Assembly: GCA_051942245.1 (NCBI GenBank)
Contig: JAVECL010000001.1
Location: forward strand, 124,001 to 188,000
Direction of reading: 5' to 3'
Length of the DNA stretch: 64,000 bases
Origin: Trypethelium eluteriae
Taxonomy: Eukaryota
Position 1 is the stretch's first letter. Each line of letters begins with the position of its first letter. The notes under the pieces were generated by a model, which saw only the letters and a program-made list of their open reading frames with translations, was not told the DNA's origin and made no database searches. A program made the translations under genes and the position numbers. Positions 23,833 to 34,503 of the stretch are shown here, one piece after another.

Positions 23833-26541
23833 ATGGCCTCTTACGCTTCGAAAGGGCCGAAACCCTTAGCATCAGATTCAAGTGAGCAGCTTCGACCAGC
23901 TCCGGACTCTGACATAGAGATGGGGGAGAGGGTGACCAGCTCGATCTACCAATCAAAGTATCAGCCGGTCGGGCATCAGCAGGCATTTGATCCTAAGCAC
24001 TTACGACAGCGCTTCAAGCCATGGCATGAAATCAAGGAACCTGGCAAGAGATACGTGACAAGCGAAATACTCCTTCATCAGGATGGTCATGGACGGGTAG
24101 AGAGCGCTCCTCCTACAGATTGCTATCTCAGTCCTTCTAGCGGTAAGCTTCGTGAGCTTGTTGTGCAAGCGACGGGCCGTATATTTACGACAGGTCCACC
24201 AACTACCTGGGCCCGAACGCCCTCCCGCAAAGCAGTGCCATGGTCAGCCAGATTATCTGATATGCCCTATGATCCGCAAAAGTCAGGAGGGGAACGCATA
24301 TTTGGGTACATGGGCGCTTGTCTCGGCTTACTCTTCGTGCTCTTCGTGCCAATCAACGACCCTGAAGTTCGCTATGGAGGCAACTACGCTCCTTTTCCTT
24401 ACACGGTAAGACGACTTCGCTCCTATGTTGGCCGCATCTGAAGCTCATCATTACTTCACCGCAGTATAGAGGATTTCCGAAAAGTGCCAAAAATGTGTTC
24501 GAAGACCAGGACAAGGAAGCGCCTCTGCAAATCGACAGAGTCAGGGCCGATAATGAACAATTCACTAATGCTCGCAACGCACTAAACAAACGGATAGGAA
24601 GGTCGATGGAACCTAAGCGACTGTGCATAAGAAAACCGCCAGGAGAACGGTTCCCTGATCAGCCAGAGTTCAAGCTTTGGGATGTTGCAGCGTGGAAAGA
24701 GGCAAATCCTGCAGAGCCTATCCCTCCATATCTATTTGTGTCTTTTACCAACGAACAATTCAACGAAACTGAATCTAGTTCGGCGCTGGATTATCTGCAA
24801 TTCATGGCTGAGTATGCAGCCCTCGACGCAAAGGTGGATGCCTTCTGGTGTTCATCCAGCTGCATCGCAAAGCAGGAGGATATCAGAGGTAGTGAGAGAT
24901 ATCCTGACCAAGAGGATGTTCACCGAATTAACGATTACATCCGAGGCGCCGTCGGAGTGGCTATAGTCCTTGCCGAGGTCCAGAATTTGAAGGGAGAAGC
25001 AGCCATAGAAGATTCGCCACTGTCTCTTAACCAGCGCCTGAAGGTCTGGGGAAGACGTGCATGGACTTTTAACGAGATATTGCTGGCTCGAAACAAGAAC
25101 ATACATATTTACACTGCTGGCATACACGCAATTCCAGGTCTTCCAAAAGAGGAGCAAAAGGCGCCCGACATTCGCAACAAGGGCACGTTCTACCAGGAAT
25201 GGGAGGATGCACCGCTTGCCCGCCAACTGACCGACCACTTTGAAGGGACCCTCATACTTAACAGACTAGAGCTCATGACTGTTGCGTACCAATGCCTGCG
25301 TAATCGGCGAGTCCGCAGCTGGGATAAAGCGTTCAACCTCCCCGGGGACCGCGCTTACGCTTTGGCTGGTCTTCTCCAAGAAAGACCCCAAGTCGATATC
25401 ACGGACTCCTCGTTCCAGGCTTTTGCCCGGCTGAGCTTAGCAAATAACAATGACCGTCTCCTTGAACGCCTGATCTGCGTCTTGCCTAGGGGGCCTGCTT
25501 GGGAGTTTCAACCTCAGCAGTACGGTTCCATGGAAGATATGCGGGAGTACGGCGAGCCTTGGTCTGCACTTGATGACGTCTGGAATGCGAATCTTTGGGA
25601 TATTGAACCCCGGTGTCAGATCTCTGGTGTTGGAAAGGGCGATACAGTGATCATTGATGGTGCCCGTGCTGCGTCAATACGATGGAAGGGCTTCAAATCC
25701 GTGGCCACAGTAAAGGGTTTCAGTTGGAAAAGGGCCCTTGCGAAGTTCGCGCTGCTCTTCACTCCCTATGCAATCTTTTCCGGAATCATACTCCTCATAG
25801 CGGGTGCTGCAGTGGGAAACGGAAGCAGCTCATGGATGACTGATTCAGTGGGAAGTATACGCACCCCATTGATGACTGTTGGAGCCGTTTTTCTCGTATT
25901 CGGATTATTACCATGGCTTCTCTCGCCATGGCTCGTTCATAGGATACTTACGGGGAAGTCATACGGCCAGCAAGCCTGGCTCTTTGGAGTTGAAGGCTAT
26001 ATGAATCTGCAAACTATCGAGCAACATATCTGGGGTACTTGGAAAAATCGCTTGAACTGGAGCCCACACGGTTCGTCGTTGTCGTCTCACAGAGCTGCGA
26101 AAGTTGGGTCTGCCGACATTTGCCTGGGGCTAGACGCGATGGAAGATGAGAAACTCGTGGCGAAGATCAAAAAGGCAGAGACGAATGGCCAAAAGGTATG
26201 TCTAGTCCAGTCGCCTACTCCGTATTGTTTCGGGGAGGACGCAGAAACTCTTAGCATTGTGTGACTGATCTTTTTCTCAGTTCTTCACGCTCGTTGACAC
26301 AGGGACGAACACGGTCTACCAATTCCTTGCTCAACGGCCGCCCGTCGCTTTGCTAATATGTGGGCAAGAAGGTGGCATGCAGAGAGCAGTCGGAGTGTCC
26401 TACGATTGGACAGAAAAGGTGCTGTACCGGGAGGCCGTCCTAAGAATGCCGACAACAGTACTCAGTCGGATGGGGCGGATACCGCGATGTCAGATTGGAT
26501 TCGCACGACCGCAGAATGGGACGTGGGCTACGATAGATTAA
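23833..26541 (+). CDS. Membrane protein with central HET (heterokaryon incompatibility)-like domain; exons 23833-24405, 24465-26195, 26281-26541
   Basis: Motif series YLFVSFT / AFWCSSSCI / INDYIRGAVGVAIVL / WGRRAWTFNEILLA / GDRAYALAGLL parallels the HET consensus blocks. One N-terminal and two C-terminal hydrophobic segments; canonical introns. Confidence 0.75.
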
Positions 26542-28182
26542 AGGCTCTGGCTATTTGTCGGTACTTGGTGCACTCCAGATCTGAATCGTGCGTCAAGCAA
26601 TCAGGGTAGTTTGAAGGTTGTCATTGATGATATATCTGTGTGAAATTTACAGACATCTTTTTCTCTTTCTCAATCAGTACATTGGATCACTATTGGTGCA
26701 AGAAGCTTACGAATGCATATTTGGCAACGTTGAGAGTCCCAGTTTGATATGCCATTGTTCTTCTATCGAAGGTCGTGTCTTTCGGCGCAGCGTCGCATTA
26801 TTTCCGAGTAGGTACTATCCAGCTGCCGAAAGAATAAATGGTTGTGGTAACCCGAACTGCCTGATATGAAAATCGTCCGTAGTCATCGTTGTTAATTGAC
26901 TACGATTCTTTAAAGCCTGTAATGGCGTCTTTGTTTCGCGTGGTTTGCTTCTAAAAGCAGATAGCCTGTCACTGGTCCATATTGATATTTCCATTAAGTT
27001 CAAAGTATTGCAGACATCAGAAGTACAGCATGAAGCAAGACTAGGTTTACATATGCGCGGTCCTATTAATGCCGAAGGATAAAGTATAGGTGCTCAGATA
27101 TTCCTGAAGCAAGATAGTCTACAGATATCGCATCCAATCCAGAGCAGGATAACAGATTTGCTTGCTAGGCACGGTGGAGCATTAATCTCATCTTGGGCGC
27201 GTTGGGCTTGACTTAAAGTTCTATGTACAGTATTATTAAATTCTAGCTAGTGATAGCAAGGATGATAGCTTCATTTTAATAATGATACAAACCGTAAAAG
27301 TAGTTCAACTCCAGGTTAGATCGACTCTACTCCGTACCCAGGTGGGCTAACTTAGCCAAGAAATTCTTACTTGGGGGCCAGATTTTGTGGATTCGAACCA
27401 TGCCTAATCTGAGGTCACCGGCACGGCGACATTTTCCGAAAGCCATCGCGTTTTGATTTCTCTCTTAGAATTCCGATCGGCTGAATGTGTCTTGTACATA
27501 TCCATCATGCAGTGTAAATTCTCTGACTCGTCCTTGATCCAGTGGTACGTAGTGATCACGAAGTTCTCGGCTTTTGGCTTCTGCCGTAATATCTGCCTTT
27601 AAAACTGCCTTGCTTTCATTGTTGGCTTGCGACTCTGCGGGTTCCGGCATACGCTGGATTCATTGACTTGAGCTGTCTTCTGACAAAGATGATCGAAGAA
27701 CGAGGGATCATCTAAATGGACTCTGGAAAGGGACGGGATGGCCAAGAACGAAGGCACCGCAACAAGCATACCAAAGAAGAGAAAGAGCAAAGTTTCAGTA
27801 ATGTCAGGCACGGTCGCGCACTCCTTGTATCGATATTGCTCCAGTACATATACCTCAGATCTAATTTCTTGGTATCAACCATTCCATCATCCCGTCTCTG
27901 TATCTTAGTGCGCCAATAACATTAGTCAATATACCATTTGCCCTCTATCGACATTGTGTGCCCAACGACCAAGAGCGTACAAACAGAGAAGCACAAAACA
28001 TCGAAATGGCCGCCCTGGGTATCTGATGCTTGATATTTGCCAACGCCTTATTCACGCCATAAATGCACCAATTATTAGCCGTCGCCACAATAATATTATA
28101 GCACAGTGCCACATAACAGAGGAGGGTTGGAAGCTCATCGCCTTGGTATGCCACCTCTTCTTTATGATCCTCTCCAACCCTC

Positions 28183-29409
28183 CTAATCCTCATGGACCTC
28201 CGGCTTCATCCCTGGAAGCGGCTCCAGAGTCCAAACCCACTCCCGTCTTCGCTTTCGCCGCCCGGCGATCGGTGTGCTGGGATACATGGCTCGGGTATCG
28301 CGCTCGCTTTCCTCGTCTTCGTCGTCATCCTCCGAGGATGATGAGTCGCGCTTCTCCCCGGTGCGCGGGCTGTTAGAAAGATTCGAGAGTACTGGCGAGG
28401 ATCTCGGTGATACCGGCGTGATACCTAGGGAGGGACCGCTGGTGGATAAAGTTGAGATGCGGGGAGAGAGCTTGGGAGTTGAGACTGCCGGGGCTACGGG
28501 TTCCAGAGAGTCATGTTTGGTGTCTTCCCGCGGAGAGGGGAGGCTGAATGTGAATTCAGGGGATGAGGAGGAGCCGGAGAGAGACGGCGGTCGCTCAGTG
28601 ATGGTAGAGCCAGTATCGAGGCGTTGGAGATGCAAGGATGGTCGGGACGTATCGTACATGGATGATGAAGTGGAAATCGAGATATGCGAAGCATCTGATT
28701 GAGAAGATAATTTGAGTCCGGAAGGACAGTGGGTGATTGAACCAGGCATCTGTCCCGCGGGGAGCACGTCCGTAGAGAGGCACAAGCTGGAGATGGTAGA
28801 AGAACTGGCCGAATCCAGATCAGAATGTGCTAATGTATACTTTTCTGTCTGGATCTCTTCGGCCAACGGGTTTCGAAATGAGACATGCTTAGTGGCAGGA
28901 AACAGGGGCCGACTTCTTGAGAACGACATTCTGCGCGAATCGATGCGTGGGACCAGGCTATTTGATAATATCGAGACCAGATTATGAGGTTGCTGATATG
29001 GTATTCTCACAGGCGTTCCGTCCGCTGAGGAGGCCGTGGAACTGGAAGTAGGAGTGGCGGAATTATTGGGTGCATCTGTAGAGAAATCTTCTACCTGTGG
29101 TGGCGCAGGGAGATTTGAACAGGATTCAGACAGACCAGAGTCGACGGGTGAATCGGGACTGGCAAAAGTATTGCAGAAAGTGTTGCGAACAGTGGGAGAA
29201 ACAGCAGAAAGAGTTTCTAAACGCAAGCTAGTTAGTCCTTTTGCGTAGAGTCGCTGGCGGCCAGTATTGAGGGTAAGCTTTGGCCGTTTCGAAGCAAGGT
29301 GCGAAGGCGGAACATATATTGGAGAGGAAGGCAGGAGCGTGACGGAGGTCAGGCTGCTCTCACTGGTCTCCATGTGTGGTGGTCGCATGGTGAGGGAGGC
29401 AAGCATCAT
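28183..29409 (-). CDS. Ser/Pro-rich disordered protein (408 aa) with short linear motifs
   Basis: Single-exon ORF with ATG; motifs RPKLTLNT, SPTVRNT, SILSNS, KHVSF, an acidic patch and STPIAGRRKRRREWVWTL. Confidence 0.75.
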   Translation of the reverse strand: MMLASLTMRPPHMETSESSLTSVTLLPSSPIYVPPSHLASKRPKLTLNTGRQRLYAKGLTSLRLETLSAVSPTVRNTFCNTFASPDSPVDSGLSESCSNLPAPPQVEDFSTDAPNNSATPTSSSTASSADGTPVRIPYQQPHNLVSILSNSLVPRIDSRRMSFSRSRPLFPATKHVSFRNPLAEEIQTEKYTLAHSDLDSASSSTISSLCLSTDVLPAGQMPGSITHCPSGLKLSSQSDASHISISTSSSMYDTSRPSLHLQRLDTGSTITERPPSLSGSSSSPEFTFSLPSPREDTKHDSLEPVAPAVSTPKLSPRISTLSTSGPSLGITPVSPRSSPVLSNLSNSPRTGEKRDSSSSEDDDEDEESERDTRAMYPSTPIAGRRKRRREWVWTLEPLPGMKPEVHED

Positions 29410-30183
29410 GTGCGACTCTGAGTAGGCATTGGACAGGAGGTATTCTTCTTCAGAGACATCCGGTATCGGAGAATTTGCGATACATGGCCACAGGACCAGA
29501 TGAGGTTGGGGATCGGAACCTGACTTTGGCGTTCGTATGGCTGCATTAGAGCAACGGAGGAGGGGAGGGCAGAGTATGTATCTGCGTAATGAAAAGCCTT
29601 AGGCGCAGGTACGAAGCTGACGAGGAGGCAGGCACTGGCAGGATGATGGGATCAGCAGGTCTGACCCAGGATCCCTCGAAATAGAATAGGGTACCTTAAG
29701 GAAGCGGGAGAGGAGGATGCCAACCCTGAGACGCAACCAACCGGGGGCTTGAGCGCGTCAGCCTCAATACTTTTGGCCGCGTATCTGTGCGGACGGATTC
29801 CAAATCGCGATCGGGCTGAAGGGCAAGCATATGAATGTCGGCCATGGAGCAGGCCAGCAGAGGATGGTTGAGCGGGCCTGGATTCCCCAGATGCTCAACG
29901 CAATCGGCGACGCTGGTCATTGGCGCGAGGAAAAGGGTGAAGAGTGAAGAGAGTGGCAGAGGGCAAGGAGATCTGACTATCGAACGCCCGGACTGTCTTT
30001 ATCGATTGCCATGGAAGCGATTTGGTGTGGGCGCTGATGGACGCTGATGGGCGCAGTCGGGCGCATTTGGGCGGGCTCGAAGCGGCTTAGTGGCTCCGAC
30101 GGCTGCAGCTGCTATTTATTGCCTCTACAAAGTGGTGAAGTGGCCAGCCCAGCGTACCTTCTAGGAGGTAGTATTATTGTTGC

Positions 30184-30230
30184 ACCACCACCACAACCAC
30201 TACAACCACTACAACCACTACTAACCACCA
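30184..30230. repeat. Simple repeat (CAC)n/(CAACCACTA)~3 in the divergent intergenic region
   Basis: caccaccaccacaaccactacaaccactacaaccactactaaccacca seen directly. Confidence 0.8.
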
Positions 30231-30532
30231 TGACGGCGATGGCTTTATGCTAACTTAAACACGGCTGCTCAGAACCAGCCAACGGGAAGCGCCGAAGAGG
30301 GTTGGCGCGTGCCCAGGCCCCCAAAGAAACCCCCCCGTCTGATCCGTTCTCTCTTTTTGTTTCATCTTGACCGTCGGACCCATGCCCTATCCACGGTTTC
30401 TCCTCCTGCCGACGGCTTAACCATCTTTTTCGTCCACTCACAAGCCGGCCTTGGAGGAGCAAAATAGCATCCAACACCCAGACCTCCAATCTTGCACCAA
30501 ATAGCCTCGACCTCTGCATTCCGACAGCGAAC

Positions 30533-32650
30533 ATGCCCCAAGCTGGACCGACCTCCAGGTTGCCAGCGCGCAAGGACGGAAGGATAATCATCCACTTCGT
30601 AAGTCATGCCGGTTCCTACTCCTCCGCCGGCGTTTGCACCTGACCACCACAGCATTCCGCTGGCTGACGTGTGGCATAAGGACTACGACTGCTTCTACGC
30701 ATCCGTCTTCGAGGCCGAAAACCCGGCCTTGAAGAGTCTGCCGCTAGCGGTGCAGCAAAAGCAGATCATTGTCACGTGTAATTATGAGGCTCGGCGCCGC
30801 GTAGGATCTCCTTTATCTTTGTGGCGAAGCATTTTACGAAGCATTCTACGAAGGCCGCCTAACATTCAGCAGGGCTTGTACAAACTTCAACTGGTCAAAG
30901 ATGCCAAGCTAGCCTGCCCCGACGTCGTTATCGTACTAGGCGAAGACTTGACACGCTTTCGAAATGCCAGTAAAGCATTGTATACCTTTCTCAGCCGCTT
31001 CTCCTGGAACAACAAGGCAGAACGCTTAGGCTTCGACGAAGTAAGTACTTGCCTCGGTGTTGGTTGTTTGCACTGCTGCCTTCATTGCCTAGTAGCCCTG
31101 AGATAGTAGTGCAGCCTTGTGATTCAGCCGTTTTCTTTCATATAAAGCTGGTGGTTAACAGATGTAAGGTGTGGATGGACGTGACTGACATAGTCGACTA
31201 CAACATCCAACTCGTAAACAAAAATGATCTTTCTCATTCTTTCTTTAATCTGTCAAAAGACGATCCAACTATCGGTTTTCCTTTTGACGCGTCTCTGGTG
31301 GCTGGTCACGTCATCCCTGATACTGATGATGGCCTTCGCCATACTGTCAATGCACACGATAACCTCAGCCTCCGCTTATGCATCGGATCTCATTTGGCTT
31401 TGTACCTTCGTCATGCGCTCGAGGAAGAGCAAGGGTACACGTCTACGGTCGGAATTTCGACGTCGAAGCTACTGTCCAAGCTTATCGGAAATGTCAATAA
31501 ACCGAAGGGGCAGACTACACTCTTGCCACCGTACGGATTGAAGGTGGACCACGACAACAACAACAACAACGTCACCGCCTTCCTTGATCCCCATGAGATT
31601 GGGAAAATTCCCAATATTGGCTTCAAACAGGCTCAGAAATTACGGGAATTCGTCTTGGGTCGTCCAGCAAAGTTCCATGCAGGTCTCATTTATGGTAAAA
31701 CTCAGGAAAGCGTTACGGTTCGCGATGTGCGTCTGCATCCCGACATGGCTCCAGCTTTGCTTGACAAAGTTCTGGGCGGTCCTGGAACCCCTCATGGAGT
31801 GGGAACGAGGATTTGGGAACTTGTCAATGGCGTTGATGACACAGAGGTCCACCAGGCGAAGCGAGTCCCGAGTCAAATTAGCATAGAAGATAGCTATATT
31901 CGTCTCGATACATTTGAAGAAGCAACAAAAGAGCTCCATATGCTGTCAATGAGTCTAATTAAGCGTATGCATCTGGATCTACTGGAAGACGAAGATGGCG
32001 CGGACCAACATAATGCGCCCGTGGAACAGACTGGCCAAACGCCACCTCGGCGATGGCTCGCCCTTCCGCGCACACTCAGACTGTCCACACGTCCGCGCGC
32101 TGCCCCTGCCCCTGACTGGACTCGATCACGAGCCTTTAATCGCATTTCCCGCTCCGCTCCAGTCCCAGGCTTCCTGTTCAATCTCGACGAGAGCGATGAA
32201 GCGCTTGCAGATAAACTGGTTCATGATGCATGGTTACCGCTCTTCCGTAAGATCCATCCGGAGAAGAGCGGCTGGAACCTGAGTCTGGTCAACGTCGCTG
32301 TCACAAATATGACCGATACCGCGAGTGACGACAAGAATGCGAGTGGGCGTGATATTGGAAAGATGTTCAAAATGCAGGACCAGATACTGCGAGAATGGAG
32401 AGTGGAGGATGTCAGCACTACTTCGAATGTCGCACCAACGAGTCCCAATCACTTAGCCTTTGTCGACGGCCCACATGGTGTTGAGAACGAATGTGTTCAT
32501 GAAAGTAGCCCAAACGTGCTCGAAGGTCACAACTGGGAAGAGGATGAAGATAGCGCGCCCGTTCCTGGGTCGACGTGTGAAACATGCGGCTTGACTGTCC
32601 CTTCATTTGCTATGTCAGCCCATCGACGTTACCACCTAATGGGTGATTGA
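30533..32650 (+). CDS. Y-family translesion DNA polymerase, iota-like, with C-terminal UBZ-type zinc finger; exons 30533-30598, 30681-30800, 30873-31040, 31169-32650
   Basis: IIIHF-DYDCFYASV, IVTCNYEARRRG, ERLGFDE-VWMDVT, KLLSKL..NKPKGQT, HhH KIPNIG; C-terminal CETC...HRRYH. Confidence 0.9.
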
Positions 32651-34503
32651 GGTTCAAGAAAGAATAGCTTATTACACCTTTGTCTCATGGGTCAGAGGAA
32701 GCACTTTTTTGAGTGATTGTTCATGTGTTCACGCCTCAATACGCATTCTGTCTCGAGCGTTGCCTGAGTGGGCTGCGATATCTTGAGAGTAAAAAAAGTA
32801 TATACCACCCGGAGGCGACGGAATACATCTGCCCATGATACAGTCGAGGCCCAATTTGGCCGGCATTTTACTTTCGCAGACTCAGGGACGCCCTAGTGAC
32901 GGCTTCAAGCAGTATTAGCCTTTGATAGGTACCAAGAGGTAAAATGTATGAACAAGAAGGCTTTTGTTGAAAGAGCTATAGTGCTTGTGCTTATCCGGCG
33001 GAAAGCGAGACAGTTCTGTAAATAACCAGTGGACTAATACTCACCAATGTCTAAAGATTCGCTGGCCCGAATAGCGTCGTCTTCCAAGCGGAGTAGAGAG
33101 GTTTGAGTCAGGACCAAAAGTGATGGGTTCCTACGCTGAGACGGCGTCCATACTCGAGGAAAGTCCTATCATTCTAAAGTTTGCTCTTCGTATGACCAAG
33201 GTCCATCCGTTCCCGTCTTTCTCGTCTCTTGCTATCTTAACTGCGTTCTCCGTACCAGAACCACTCCCAAGCAACCTACGCGACGTTCCGCCAGAGGGAA
33301 GCATAATCTATCAAGATGTGCAAGAGGGTGACTCACCAAACTGCCAACCGTCCAGCAGAAGAGACCCATTACTTTCACCCCAAAGCGATTCACCTCTTCT
33401 GCGAGCGGAAGTGGTCAGCGAAGATGTCGCGACTAATATGTGGAAGAAGGGATTATTCACTTTTTCTTCCTTTTGTTCGTCAACCTTATCAATCCGTTTC
33501 GACAGCCTATCCAGGATTTGCGCTTGTTTATTAAGCTTGGCAGCTGCATTTTGCAAGAGAATGCTTGGGTTTCGTTCGGATGCGGCCCTTCTGGATCCTT
33601 TAGCGTCCACTTACCCCTTGGGCTGGCCGCTGTTCTCTTCTACATACGCAGGTACGATTGCTGAGTCCGCGAACGTGCCTGCTTGACACTAGTGCAAAAC
33701 CCGATCTGGCTTGTATTTCCTACCAAAGGCTATTCTGCCAATTTTCCACTATGTGTTTTTGTGCACGATGGATTCCGAAGAGGAAAGCTCGTGGTCCGGA
33801 TCCGCATGAGAATGCGCAGGACAGGGCGGATAGTGCGAAGGCGGAACCAAAGATTTGCCATGTCTGATGTTCCCGTAAGAAAACGTGATAGAGACTTCCA
33901 TTTTCATACAGTGGGAGCGAAGGCTGAATAAATCATGTTTGAGAACGCGAGGATCTTTAGGGAGACTCTATTTGGTAACTCTAGGACTCAAGAGTACCCA
34001 GTTGTCTAAGGGAGCGATCACATTCGTAACTGGGAAGTTGTTGACGTAAAGCACTGGTATCGTATTGGTAGGCGGCATACTGAAGAGCATTGCTACGAAA
34101 GGTTGTTCCGACTTTATTGCCGCTATACGTCAAAGTTTGGACCTGACTTTATTTTATTGTATATGTTTCCATTTTCAGCTCATGGTATGTGTCGAAAAAT
34201 AAAATAGCTAGAGTTTGACATGTCTGACCAGATCTCTTCACGAGTGAAGACCAACACGACTTTTGGAAGGACTCTGGCTTAGACCAAGTTCTTACATGTG
34301 GCTAATTAGGAGGCTATATTGTGATGAGGTTTTAATAATTGAGGCGAGGCGAAGTGGCGAGTAATAAGATGGAGGGGTCGGGTCGGTTCCTCAGGCGGTG
34401 AAGCTAAGAATGTTTTCTGCCTCACAAGTTTCACAAGTGACGAAAATCCGTCCCTCGTAACTGACATTGGCAGGACCCGGAAATGCCAGCCACCTGATGA
34501 AAC

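Noticed and set aside
27340..27470. Possible tRNA gene around the B-box
   Set aside because: No acceptor stem, D-arm or anticodon arm could be folded.
27465..27811. Two short minus-strand ORFs, one with a hydrophobic N-terminus
   Set aside because: Non-ATG start for the first, no splice support and no recognisable homology.
33120..33931. Overlapping short ORFs on both strands between the polymerase and RRP12
   Set aside because: No consistent spliced model or recognisable motif. A small orphan gene cannot be excluded but is unsupported.
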